A stretch of DNA of 32,000 nt from Microcystis aeruginosa NIES-2549 (lineage in GTDB: Bacteria > Cyanobacteriota > Cyanobacteriia > Cyanobacteriales > Microcystaceae): positions 2,820,001 to 2,852,000 of the forward strand of contig NZ_CP011304.1 of assembly GCF_000981785.2 (NCBI RefSeq). The letters run 5' to 3'. The position numbers and the translations under genes were made by a program. Under the pieces are notes generated by a model that was not told where the DNA came from, searched no databases, and worked only from the letters and a program-made list of their open reading frames with translations. This document shows, piece after piece, positions 9,249-18,329 of the stretch. Every line of letters starts with the position of its first letter. Within the stretch, counting starts at the first letter, position 1.

Positions 9249-9834
9249 GGCATTTAATTAAACATTCTGTCTTTCTATTTCGTTGTCTTAATGAGTATAA
9301 TCGAGCGCAAAATGAGGTAATTATGCTCACGAAGTCTTGCATTAAATCGTCTTTTCTTTCTTCTGCTAGATTAACGACCTCTATATCTCTATTTGTTTGA
9401 GTTAAAAGAACTTTCAGATAATTAAACCCTACTCTGCTTAAACGATCTTTATGTTCTACGACAATCAAATTATCATCAGTTTGTTCTAGAAGTTTTAATA
9501 ATAGCTTTCGATGATCATTGACTCCACTTCCTACTTCTTTAACTACTCGAACAATTTGATAGCCTTTCGCAATACAATAAGCTTCCAATCTTTTTGCCTG
9601 AGTCTCTAAGTCAGATTGATTTTCTGAACTAGAAACTCGCGCATAAATAGCTACTTTATTTTCACCGCAAAAACGGTCATCTTCAAAAATAATAATTGTT
9701 CCTGTAGGAAGACGTTCTCCTTGTAACTGCCCTCGATTCCACATTCTCCAAGCAGTGTCATAACTGATCCCTTTTTTCTTAGCATAATCTGATAGTTTTA
9801 TATGAACTGCAATGTAAACTTGTACTAACCACAT
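9208..9834 (-). CDS. tnpA: IS607-type serine recombinase TnpA (MerR-like HTH plus resolvase catalytic domain)
   Basis: 208 aa. N-terminal HTH (LSDYAKKKGISYDTAWRMW). Catalytic region VAIYARVSSSENQSDLETQ...LIVVEHKDRLSR. Overlaps tnpB by 41 nt. Confidence 0.88.
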   Translation of the reverse strand: MWLVQVYIAVHIKLSDYAKKKGISYDTAWRMWNRGQLQGERLPTGTIIIFEDDRFCGENKVAIYARVSSSENQSDLETQAKRLEAYCIAKGYQIVRVVKEVGSGVNDHRKLLLKLLEQTDDNLIVVEHKDRLSRVGFNYLKVLLTQTNRDIEVVNLAEERKDDLMQDFVSIITSFCARLYSLRQRNRKTECLIKCLEENDEISSKTSN

Positions 9835-9898
9835 TAGCAGTTGTTTGCAGTTATTTGCATATATTTTTTATAAAACTTTACAATACTCAGACAAAGTG

Positions 9899-9956
9899 CA
9901 GAAAGTCAAAATCCGTAACTTTCTTGAATCCATGCTGACAACTACTCAATTTGCGC
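9899..9956 (+). repeat. Right half of the IS-interrupted repeat (copy A, part 2). Weaker similarity than part 1.
   Basis: cagaaagtc (9899-9907) and actcaatttgcgc (9944-9956) occur in the same order as cagaaaagt and actcaattgagcg in the reverse complement of copy B. The spacer lengths differ. Confidence 0.4.
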
Positions 9957-9970
9957 CCCTGCTAAAGCAA

Positions 9971-10012
9971 TGATTACTGATAACTGTTTACTGATCACTG
10001 TTTACTGGACGG
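9971..10012. repeat. Heptamer STRR-like tract
   Basis: tgattac tgataac tgtttac tgatcac tgtttac tggacgg. Confidence 0.6.
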
Positions 10013-10045
10013 CTACGCCGTGCCTTTGGCAACACTGAAAAAAGA

Positions 10046-11092
10046 TTACCAGGAAGCGCGTTTACCATTGGGCATAACTGTTAACCAATTGGTTTTTGCT
10101 AGGGCGATTTGTTGCGGATTTACTTGAGCATCAGAGAGATTAGCTCCGCAAAGATTAGCGTTTTTGAGATGAGCGTAGCGAAGATTGGCTCCGATGAGAT
10201 TCGCCCCGCGTAAATCGGACTCTTCCAGGTTTGCATAACCGAGATAGGCATTATTTAAATTGGTATTTTTGAGAATAGCTTGACTGAGATTAGCCCGGCC
10301 CAGATCCGCATTGGATAGATCCGCTCCTTGTAAATTAGTGCCTGTTAATTTGCATTGAAAGAAATTTACCCCCAAAAGTTTTGCTTTAGACAGATTGAGA
10401 TTCGATAATTCCTCCTGGGCAAAATTGCGCCGGCCGTTATTGTAAGCATCGAGAATCGCTTTTTCATCTAAGCGGCGTTTTCTCTTCAGTAAGGTTATAT
10501 CTGCGCTGCTGTGGTCTTTGTTTCTATTGCGGAGATATTGTTTAGCTATAATCGCCCCTGAAAATAAGTCATCACTTGATGCAGTCTCAAGACGAGCTAA
10601 TTGAGATAGATAGTTTGCTCCATCAGATGGATTCGGGATTTCTTGTTGAAAAACTTCTCGCGCCCTGGCTATCAATGAAGCAGGGGCCTGCTCACTTTGT
10701 ATCTGAACTAAATCTTCAACTTGTTGCCGAAGTTTATCGCTGTCTTTGAGTCTAGTTGCAAGGTCTTGTTTCATCTTCTGAAGTTCATCCAGTTGCTTGG
10801 TAAACTTCTCACGAATTTCCTTAACTAACCCAAGATAACTTCCAACACCAAAAAGCGCAAACCCTCCAGAGACAGTAGCAAAAACTATGGTTGACAACTG
10901 AACCATAGTTGTCATGCCCTGAACTTGCTTCTGAATAGTATCTTCGACTACACTAATCCTTTTTTCTAAACGTTCAATGTCAGACAGAGATTGTGGAACT
11001 GTTGATTGGGCAATTATCGGTTCGGGATTTAAAACTGAAAGTAGTGCAAGCATGAAATATGCAGATAGCACATATGACCGACGAGATTTCAT
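10046..11092 (-). CDS. Pentapeptide-repeat protein with a signal peptide, one TM segment and a coiled-coil region
   Basis: 348 aa. N-terminus MKSRRSYVLSAYFMLALLSVL..AQS. Hydrophobic segment LSTIVFATVSGGFALFGVGSYLGLV. The C-terminal ~120 aa are A(D/N)LxG-type pentapeptide repeats (GADLSNADLGRANLSQAILKNTNLNNAYLGYANL...). Strong SD sequence (aaggagg) 8 nt upstream. Confidence 0.85.
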   Translation of the reverse strand: MKSRRSYVLSAYFMLALLSVLNPEPIIAQSTVPQSLSDIERLEKRISVVEDTIQKQVQGMTTMVQLSTIVFATVSGGFALFGVGSYLGLVKEIREKFTKQLDELQKMKQDLATRLKDSDKLRQQVEDLVQIQSEQAPASLIARAREVFQQEIPNPSDGANYLSQLARLETASSDDLFSGAIIAKQYLRNRNKDHSSADITLLKRKRRLDEKAILDAYNNGRRNFAQEELSNLNLSKAKLLGVNFFQCKLTGTNLQGADLSNADLGRANLSQAILKNTNLNNAYLGYANLEESDLRGANLIGANLRYAHLKNANLCGANLSDAQVNPQQIALAKTNWLTVMPNGKRASW

Positions 11093-11208
11093 AACCGCAT
11101 TCCTCCTTAGAACAACACTATCTTGTAGTTGACACTCCTTGATCTAAAGATGCAAGTATCTTAAGAAGTAAATTTTTAAAGGGTTGGCCAAAAACCCACT
11201 AGACAATC

Positions 11209-11331
11209 GCTCAATTGAGTCTGTGCTTACTTTTCTGGTTCTTCAGTTTGTCTTATGCAACGGACAGGATTATAATAGATTAAACCCTTATAGAGAAAGA
11301 TATTTGGCTATTTTTGTCAATTGTTTTTGAT
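11209..11331 (-). repeat. Intact paralog (copy B) of the repeat interrupted by the IS607. It forms the promoter/5' leader region of the pentapeptide gene.
   Basis: The reverse complement reads atcaaaaacaattgacaaaaatagcc...tattataatcctgtccgttgcataagacaaactgaagaac|cagaaaagtaagcacagactcaattgagcg. It contains TTGACA and TATAAT-like hexamers. Confidence 0.6.
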
Positions 11332-11455
11332 CTAGAGGGAACTAATCAATTAAATCTCTTGCCAGATAAGGATTTAGTCGATTTATGCCCCCCCATCGAA
11401 CCATACCAAGTAACGAAGAGCCCAATGTTTTTAGATTTATTCAGCCAACCCTAAG

Positions 11456-12451
11456 TTAAATTTTGAGTTGGTCGATTAAATCGCGCATAATTTTGGCCGA
11501 ATTATGTAACTGTTCCATTTCTCTGGGACTGAGAGCAAGATTCAGAGTTTTTATCACTCCTTTCTCGTTAACCACCGAGGGAATACTTAAACACACATCT
11601 TTGAGACCGTATTGACCATCAAGGAGAGTGCTAATAGTCAGAATTCTTTCTTGGGAACGTAAAATCGCTTTAACGATATCTGTGGTAGCTAAACCGATCG
11701 CATAGCTAGTATAACCCTTGCGTTTGATAATTTCATAGGCGGCGTTTTTAACCTGAAGAAAAATTTCTGTTAAGCTTTCTTGGTCGGCTGCGCTTAAATC
11801 CTGCCAATCTCCTTCTAGTAACCTTGCTCCTCCGATATTGGCCGAACTCCAGACAGCAAGCTCACTATCCCCGTGTTCACCGATAATATAAGCGTGGACG
11901 TTACGCGCATCTACATGGAGTTGGGTGGATAAAAGAGAGCGTAAACGGGCAGAATCTAGCACCGTACCCGAACCAATCACCCTAGAAGGCGGAAAATGGG
12001 TGATTTTCAGGGTAACATAGGTCATGATATCGACGGGATTACTCACCACCAAAATCAAAGCACTGGGGCAGTAAACAGCCACATCCGCAAGAATACGGCG
12101 AAAAATCGCCACATTTCGTTCAAGGAGATGTAATCTGGTTTCTCCCTCTTTTTGGGCAGCCCCGGCAGTAATAATCACCACATCGGCATTTTGTCCCACA
12201 TCGGCCACGGTTCCCATTTTCAAGTCTGTGGGTTCAATAAAAGGCATTCCGTGCCTTAAATCCATCACTTCCCCTTCGACTTTATCCGTGGCGATATCTT
12301 GCAGAATTAATTCATCAAAACAGTCTTGAATTAACATCGAGTAAGCGCAGGCCATCCCCACCTGACCAACACCGATAATCACCCCCTTGCGAGGACGCAG
12401 AGGTGCGGGTTTTTCAGCGTAGGGATTGGGGGTAAATATTTTATCTAGCAT
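11456..12451 (-). CDS. ldh: L-lactate dehydrogenase (LDH/MDH superfamily, LDH-type)
   Basis: 331 aa. Rossmann motif GVGQVGMA, substrate-loop AGAAQKEGETRL (Gln rather than Arg, so LDH-like), and catalytic IGEHGDS. Confidence 0.8.
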   Translation of the reverse strand: MLDKIFTPNPYAEKPAPLRPRKGVIIGVGQVGMACAYSMLIQDCFDELILQDIATDKVEGEVMDLRHGMPFIEPTDLKMGTVADVGQNADVVIITAGAAQKEGETRLHLLERNVAIFRRILADVAVYCPSALILVVSNPVDIMTYVTLKITHFPPSRVIGSGTVLDSARLRSLLSTQLHVDARNVHAYIIGEHGDSELAVWSSANIGGARLLEGDWQDLSAADQESLTEIFLQVKNAAYEIIKRKGYTSYAIGLATTDIVKAILRSQERILTISTLLDGQYGLKDVCLSIPSVVNEKGVIKTLNLALSPREMEQLHNSAKIMRDLIDQLKI

Positions 12452-12686
12452 AGATTTTTGCAGTTATTGCCTCGGTAAGCCCATTTTAAAGGGAAATGGT
12501 TAATATCAGGTAAAAAGAGACTATAAACAGATTTTGAGGCCGTTATCGGCAATTTTTTTCTGGTCAGTGGTCGGACAAATTTCTTGTCTTTATTCCCTGA
12601 CCCCTAGTTTAAGAGAATTGAGGGCTGCTGACAGCTTCAGGCTATATCCTAAAATTAGGAATAAGGTTACAGTAGGAGGCGAACCG

Positions 12687-13028
12687 ATGATCTATCACAT
12701 CACTACAGAAAGAGGTTGGCAAATAGCTCGTGAAATGGGGGAATATCGGGCGTATTCCCTAAAAAATGAGGGATTTATCCATTGCTCCACCTTAGAACAA
12801 ATTCCGAAAGTTGTGGCCGCTTTTTATCAAAATCAGCCAGATTTGCTGGTTTTAGCCATTTCTCCCGAACAATTGCAGTCCCCGGTCAAATGGGAGCAGC
12901 CCCAACATCCTAACCCAGAAAATGCCACTTTAGAGCTAGAAAAAGAGACCTTTCCCCATATTTACGGTGCTATCAACCTAGAATCGGTGGTTTTTGTCAA
13001 ACCCTTACAGGAGTTCATCAATTCCTAG
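12687..13028 (+). CDS. DUF952 family protein
   Basis: The ORF track starts at 12534. The conserved DUF952 sequence begins at MIYHITTERGW.. (ATG 12687), preceded by aggagg at 12674-12679. Motifs EGFIHCST and FPHIYG are present. Confidence 0.75.
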   Translation: MIYHITTERGWQIAREMGEYRAYSLKNEGFIHCSTLEQIPKVVAAFYQNQPDLLVLAISPEQLQSPVKWEQPQHPNPENATLELEKETFPHIYGAINLESVVFVKPLQEFINS

Positions 13029-14339
13029 AACTAAATCATCTAACTCTTGGTAATCGGGGAGAGTAGTATCGATGCTCAACCCGCGCCGAATCACGAGGCG
13101 ATCCCACTGTGGTCGCGATAATAGCTCGCTAAAGTAGCGAGCCTTGAAAATTAACAAATTTGCCTCTAGACCCGTCTTAATGCGCCCTAAATGGGGCAAT
13201 CCGAGCAGATTTGCTGGGGTGAGGGTGACACTATTTACCCAGTCAGCGTAGGGTGTATCGAGATGAGCAATCCGCACCGCTTGGGTAAAGACTTCTAAAC
13301 CATCGTGATCCCCAAAACCATAAAAGGGATCGCGACAGTTATCACTGGCAAAAGCCACCGGAATTCCCGCTTTTTTCATCTCTTTTATCTTAGTTGTCCC
13401 GCGCCAAAAAGGGGTTTTTTCCTCTTGACGATCCTGTAGGTAGAGATTGCACATCGGCAAGCTAACGATAGCAATGCCCGCATTTTTGACTAAATTTAGG
13501 GTTTCTTTGATTATTTCAGGCGATTGTACCGCTAAACTGCAACAGTGACCACAGATGATTTGTCCAGAAAATTGCTCTTTGATAGCAGTACGCGCGATCG
13601 CTGCTAAACAGGTAGAATCGGAATCGCCGTTTTCATCCAGATGAAAATCGAGATTTAAACCCCTTTCTTGGGCTAATTTGAAGGTAATATCAATTTGTGC
13701 CTGTAAATCGGGATTTGTGTAGGCTACTCCCCCTAATATGCCCCCAAATTCGGCAATTTTATCGGCTAAGGCCGCTCCCTCGGAGGTTTGATAGTAGTCA
13801 AGGGAAACTAGAGAAACCGCTTGCAGGGTGATTTTACCGGCCCATTGTCGTTGCAATTCTGCCAAAGCGGTTAAGCTAATCTGTGCCTGTTGACCAAAAG
13901 AGTCGATATGAGTGCGAATAGCGGCGGTTCCGTGGGCATAACTGCATTTAACGCCGAATTCCATGCGACGATACACATCCTCTAAGCGCCACTCCCGTCG
14001 GGAATCCTCTAGGGCCATTTTTAAGGCGCCGTCAAAAGTGCCATCATGGTTAGGACAACGATGCCAACTATGACCTTTATCGAGATGGGTGTGCATATCG
14101 ATAAAGCAAGGAAAAACAATCTTTTTTTTGAGGTCAATAACGGGAATATTATCTTCGGGGGGGATGGTTGAGGTGATGCGATTAATGTTACCGTCATTAA
14201 TTTCCAGATTAACTAAGGTTAATCCCTCGGAGGTTTGGGGAGAAAACCCCTCATTTTCTAGCAGGGAAACGGGAATATGAGCATTTTTGAGCCAGTAGCG
14301 CTCGCTTGAGGGAATCATAAGACCTCTGGTAAAAATCAA
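13005..14339 (-). CDS. Amidohydrolase-superfamily protein, cytosine deaminase-like
   Basis: 444 aa. Metal-binding HTHLD motif, a later DFHLDE motif, and a C-terminal SDN..DPF motif typical of CodA-like enzymes. M8 is an alternative start. Confidence 0.72.
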   Translation of the reverse strand: MIFTRGLMIPSSERYWLKNAHIPVSLLENEGFSPQTSEGLTLVNLEINDGNINRITSTIPPEDNIPVIDLKKKIVFPCFIDMHTHLDKGHSWHRCPNHDGTFDGALKMALEDSRREWRLEDVYRRMEFGVKCSYAHGTAAIRTHIDSFGQQAQISLTALAELQRQWAGKITLQAVSLVSLDYYQTSEGAALADKIAEFGGILGGVAYTNPDLQAQIDITFKLAQERGLNLDFHLDENGDSDSTCLAAIARTAIKEQFSGQIICGHCCSLAVQSPEIIKETLNLVKNAGIAIVSLPMCNLYLQDRQEEKTPFWRGTTKIKEMKKAGIPVAFASDNCRDPFYGFGDHDGLEVFTQAVRIAHLDTPYADWVNSVTLTPANLLGLPHLGRIKTGLEANLLIFKARYFSELLSRPQWDRLVIRRGLSIDTTLPDYQELDDLVLGIDELL

Positions 14340-14351
14340 AAATTGTTGTTA

Positions 14352-14665
14352 GGGTTAGGAGTCGGTCGTCGGTGCATCTCACATTTGCAGGAATACCGAC
14401 AATCAGCAATTATCAGTAACTCTTAGATGATTACAAATGTATCAGCAGCTGCGTGTAAGCATCCCACCGAAAAACTAATGCGCGGGGGGTTTGGGGGCGG
14501 CGCCACGCCCCCAACGGGGGGTTTGGGGGGTAGAACCCCCCAAAAGCTTGGATTGAGTGATAAAATTCGGAAGTAATGCCCGATCTTAGCCGAGAGTTTC
14601 CCCGTAAAAATCCCAATTGGTAGATTTACAAAAATGAGATGCAGCCTCGGTCGTCGGTCGTCAGG
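14352..14665. repeat. Composite MITE-like intergenic element
   Basis: The cores tgcatctca (14373-14381) and tgagatgca (14635-14643) are inverted copies of each other, and each lies next to gtcggtc heptamers. They bracket a G/C-rich double hairpin (gggggcg-gcgcca-cgccccc and gggggg-tagaa-cccccc, 14485-14547). The motif gggttaggagtcggtc recurs at 27008. Confidence 0.5.
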
Positions 14666-14755
14666 AGAATTAAGAATGAATAATAATCAATTATGCGGTA
14701 TTAAGTAAGGAGTGTTAAATGGCATTAACAGTGCTATCTTTTCCCTGATCACTGA

Positions 14756-15643
14756 TTACTGATAAACTGGCAGACGCGGCTTTAATTCCCAGCCATAAAC
14801 TGCTAAAAACTTCTTTAATTTATCGGGGTGTAAATGGAGGTAATCGGGATTAACTTCATCGATAATGCCAATACCGCCTAAATCCCGCGCTCCTGCCGCT
14901 AAACAATCCAAGAGAAAAAGAGGATCGGGTACTAGATTCGGGGGAATTTGAATGACAATATCCGGTGGCAAAATTTCCCTAGCTTGCCTAACCAGATCGG
15001 GTAATTTTTGCAGATTAAAAGGATTATTTTGCCACTGTTCTCTTTGGCCCGGATTGTAGGGTTGTAGGATCACTTCTTGAATATGTCCCCAACGTTGATG
15101 AAGAGCGGCAATAGTTTCTAAGGTTACTAAGCGATCGCATTCTGTTTCACCAATTCCTAATAATAACCCCGTGGTAAAAGGAATTCCTAATTCTCCCGCC
15201 CATTGTAACTGCTCTAAGCGCAGGGATGGCACTTTACTAGGAGCCTGACGATGGACAGTATTTAATAAAGTCACCGTCATTTGTTCTAACATTATGCCCA
15301 TAGATAGATTGACATTTTTTAGTTTTTCCATCTCAGCAAAAGTTAAAATCCCCGCATTGGTATGGGGATAAAAACCCATATTTAAAGCCAATTCTCCCAA
15401 ATTATAAATATGCCGAAACCATAACTCTCGATTGGCTGCTAAAGGATGAACTTCGCCGCTAAGAATTAAAATTTCCGTAATTTCCGAACCCTGCAAAGCA
15501 GTTAAAATCTCTTTTGCCTTGTCTAAACTTAACCAGCCATCAGTGCCTAAATCCCTGCGAAAATTACAATAACTGCAACGATTGAAACACTCGTAGGTAG
15601 GTACAAGGGTATGAGAGGGACTATAGGTGACAATTCTTGACAT
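14756..15643 (-). CDS. cofG: Radical-SAM FO synthase subunit 1 (7,8-didemethyl-8-hydroxy-5-deazariboflavin synthase CofG)
   Basis: 295 aa. CxxxCxxC cluster (ECFNRCSYCNF) near the N-terminus with CofG-like context (TYSPS..LVPTYEC). Confidence 0.75.
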   Translation of the reverse strand: MSRIVTYSPSHTLVPTYECFNRCSYCNFRRDLGTDGWLSLDKAKEILTALQGSEITEILILSGEVHPLAANRELWFRHIYNLGELALNMGFYPHTNAGILTFAEMEKLKNVNLSMGIMLEQMTVTLLNTVHRQAPSKVPSLRLEQLQWAGELGIPFTTGLLLGIGETECDRLVTLETIAALHQRWGHIQEVILQPYNPGQREQWQNNPFNLQKLPDLVRQAREILPPDIVIQIPPNLVPDPLFLLDCLAAGARDLGGIGIIDEVNPDYLHLHPDKLKKFLAVYGWELKPRLPVYQ

Positions 15644-15755
15644 TTTTTTCAGAATTGGAGTTCATTACGAGCATTCAAGGGCGATAAAATTTGCTATCGT
15701 GGGGAGAATTGCTGTTTTATTCACTTAAAAACACCCTCCCTTTTCGCTTCCTCCT

Positions 15756-17420
15756 ATGATTTTCGATCCTGCCAGTCTTCCCTCCCATCGTCAAACGATT
15801 CGTCCGATTAGCGCCACAGCCCTGCACGGAATTGTATTTCAAGATAACAAATTAATCGCTATCGACGCAAAAAACGGCTATTTATACCAAATTGTCCTCG
15901 ATAATGGTCATACAAGCGTACTTAATTCCCATCGCTGGCAAGAATTCGTCGGGACGACGGGATTGGCAATCGATGATCAAAATAACCTCTGGTTTACTAC
16001 CCGCGAAAATCTCTACTGCTGCACTCTCGAAGATTTTACTCCGAAATTTTTTACCCGTCTTCCCTACACCGCTAACGGAGTCGCCGTAACCGGTAACACA
16101 ATTTATGTCACTTGTCAACGTTCTGGACAAATCTTTATATTTGATCGCCAATCGGGACAGGAAATTACTCGTTTGTACGCACCTGGTATCGGCATCGAAA
16201 ATATCACTATTCGCGGGGAAGAACTTTGGTTAACGGATACCCTAGAACAAACGGTTTACTGTCTTGATCGCGGCACGGGAGAACAGCTTTTTAGCATGAT
16301 AACTCCTTTTGAATCGCCGACGGGATTAGCATTTTATCGCGATGCTAACAGTGGCAAGGATATCCTATATGTAGCCTATGCTTTCCAAGAACCCTTTATC
16401 CGCGATAATCCCAATTCCGAACAGGTTTACGAACTTAGTTATCGTCCGCGTACTTTTGTCCATCCTCTATATTTTCACCACGATCCCGCTAAAAAATACA
16501 CCCTTTCTAACGGTTATCTGATTGAATTATCCTACGTCGAGGAATTGGAACCTCTCTATAATGTCGAACTAAAAGATGTGGAATGGCGCATCGCTTTACC
16601 CTTAGAAACACCACGGCAAAAAATTCGCAGCGTCGAAGCGGTGGGATTGCCTTTTATTGAAGAAATTCAAGACGGGCAGCGGGTGGCAGTATTTAAGTTC
16701 GAGCAAATAACCGCCAAACAACGTCATATTTTTGGGTGGAAAGTAGTCTTAGAAGTATGGGGAATTAAATACCAAATTACCCCCAAAGATTGCGAAGATT
16801 TACCCCCCTTACCCGCCGATTTTCCCGATCGCTATTTGATCGATAATGATGATCTGGCTATGAATACAGAAATTATCCTCAATGCTGCCGAAGAAGCGAT
16901 CGGTCGGGAAACCAATCTACTCAGAAAAGTTTATAGTATTCGCAACTACGTCTATGATCAGCTTTCCTACGGCATCAAACCCAACATCGACACCCCCGAT
17001 ATTGCCCTGCGGCGCGGAGTGGGTTCCTGTGGGGAATATGTGGGTTTATTATTGGCTTTGTGTCGTCTCAATGGTATTGCCTGTCGTACGGTAGGACGCT
17101 ATAAATGCCCACCCCATCCCCTTGAACGTAATTTACCCCTCGAACCGGATTACAATCACGTCTGGATGGAATTTTATCTTCCCTCTATCGGTTGGGTTCC
17201 CATGGAGTCCAATCCCGATGATATTTTTGAAGGCGGTCCCTATCCCAATCGTTTCTTTATGGGTTTAGCTTGGTATCACACGGAAATTGCCAAAGATATC
17301 CCCTTTGAACGAATGTTCAGTGAAGGACAACCGGTGTTAAAAACCCAAGTCCCCATCGGCGATTTAGCGATTAATCACGTTCAATTCGTCATTCTTGAGG
17401 AATTAGCCCCAAAAGACTAG
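15756..17420 (+). CDS. Transglutaminase-like cysteine protease domain protein with a probable N-terminal beta-propeller-like region
   Basis: 554 aa. C-terminal Cys-His-Asp core (GVGSCGEYVGLLLALCR...NHVWMEFYL...GWVPMESNPDD). Confidence 0.8.
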   Translation: MIFDPASLPSHRQTIRPISATALHGIVFQDNKLIAIDAKNGYLYQIVLDNGHTSVLNSHRWQEFVGTTGLAIDDQNNLWFTTRENLYCCTLEDFTPKFFTRLPYTANGVAVTGNTIYVTCQRSGQIFIFDRQSGQEITRLYAPGIGIENITIRGEELWLTDTLEQTVYCLDRGTGEQLFSMITPFESPTGLAFYRDANSGKDILYVAYAFQEPFIRDNPNSEQVYELSYRPRTFVHPLYFHHDPAKKYTLSNGYLIELSYVEELEPLYNVELKDVEWRIALPLETPRQKIRSVEAVGLPFIEEIQDGQRVAVFKFEQITAKQRHIFGWKVVLEVWGIKYQITPKDCEDLPPLPADFPDRYLIDNDDLAMNTEIILNAAEEAIGRETNLLRKVYSIRNYVYDQLSYGIKPNIDTPDIALRRGVGSCGEYVGLLLALCRLNGIACRTVGRYKCPPHPLERNLPLEPDYNHVWMEFYLPSIGWVPMESNPDDIFEGGPYPNRFFMGLAWYHTEIAKDIPFERMFSEGQPVLKTQVPIGDLAINHVQFVILEELAPKD

Positions 17421-17683
17421 AATTCTGAGCCATCATCTAGGATGCCCATTTCTCTATCTCTTTCTTCTTTGAGTTCTTTGACCATTTGCAAACCAGCACC
17501 CACACAGAAGCCTAGGGCTGCCCCGGCACCGGCAAAATAACGTCCATAGATGATTTGATAGTTATAGGGATTTTTATAGTTGACTTGGCTGGGATTGCGT
17601 TCAATGCGGCTGATGCCATAACCGATACCTGCCCCGACTAAAGCCGTTACTAGGCCTGAAAATAGAACTAGACGAAAGTTCAT
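17417..17683 (-). CDS. Small membrane protein with two Gly/Ala-rich helices
   Basis: 88 aa with two hydrophobic Gly-zipper-like segments and an acidic tail. Overlaps the convergent transglutaminase stop by 4 nt. No family recognised. Confidence 0.45.
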   Translation of the reverse strand: MNFRLVLFSGLVTALVGAGIGYGISRIERNPSQVNYKNPYNYQIIYGRYFAGAGAALGFCVGAGLQMVKELKEERDREMGILDDGSEF

Positions 17684-17789
17684 GATCTTATCTCCCGATG
17701 GACTCTGACTTTAGATTATCGCTGAAAATTAGTTCCTGGCAAGCGATCGCAATAATTCGTTAAGTAGTCGTGCCAAAATATAGCGGTTT

Positions 17790-18329
17790 TCAGATGAATG
17801 AGGTAAGTAATGGTGACTGGGAAGTGTCAACAAAAGGGGAATTACAATAGCAACCATGTGTGAACCAGCCATGAATATCTTTAAGGGTAATTGCGCTTAA
17901 AGCACCACAAACGGCTTGCCTGAGTTCTGAATAGTTGCGAGGTTCCAATGTTTTCAAAATTTGCTTAATTTTAGACCAACAATTTTCAAGAGGAGAAAAA
18001 TCAGGAGAATAAGGTGGAAGAAAAATTAAATGAGCACCAGCGGTTTCAATCAATGGACGAATATATTCCTCTTGGTGAATTTTAGCATTATCCATAATTA
18101 CGTAAGCACCATCCCAAAGGAGTGGGACTAAAACGCTGGCAATAAATGCCTCAAATTGAATCCCCTTGGTGGAACCTACAATCTGAACTAAAGCTAATAA
18201 TCCTTTCAATGCTATAGCGGCAATGTAAAAACCAGCGATCAGCAAAATTTGGTTTTGCAAGTGAAAAGAAATAGTGTACAATGACGAGAGACTAAAACTC
18301 AAAATTATCTCAATTAAGGAATAATTCAA
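17790..18329 (-). pseudogene. IS630-family transposase, C-terminal (DDE) fragment only
   Basis: ...VIMDNAKIHQEEYIRPLIETAGAHLIFLPPYSPDFSPLENCWSKIK... is the IS630/Tc1-like catalytic C-terminus. The HTH/N-terminal half is absent. The first ~30 codons of the ORF look non-homologous. Confidence 0.75.

Larger units (their letters stand above)
7836..9898 (-). mobile_element. IS607-family insertion sequence (tnpA serine recombinase plus tnpB). The ends are inferred, not proven.
   Basis: Overlapping tnpA/tnpB gene pair typical of IS607. The boundaries are placed where similarity between the interrupted repeat copy A and the intact copy B breaks (7835|7836 and 9898|9899), giving about 2.06 kb. Confidence 0.6.

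Noticed and set aside
12534-12686. N-terminal 51-codon extension of the DUF952 ORF (TTG/other start)
   Set aside because: DUF952 homology begins at the internal ATG (12687), which has a good aggagg SD. The extension covers the divergent ldh promoter region and heptamer repeats.
13005-13028. 24-nt convergent 3' overlap of the DUF952 and amidohydrolase genes
   Set aside because: The overlap is real but unremarkable. Short convergent overlaps are common and I see no structure suggesting regulation.
14431-14616. 61-aa ORF (MGFLRGNSRLRSG...)
   Set aside because: It is encoded entirely by the G/C-rich palindromic repeat element and has a low-complexity Pro/Gly/Arg translation. It is most likely non-coding.
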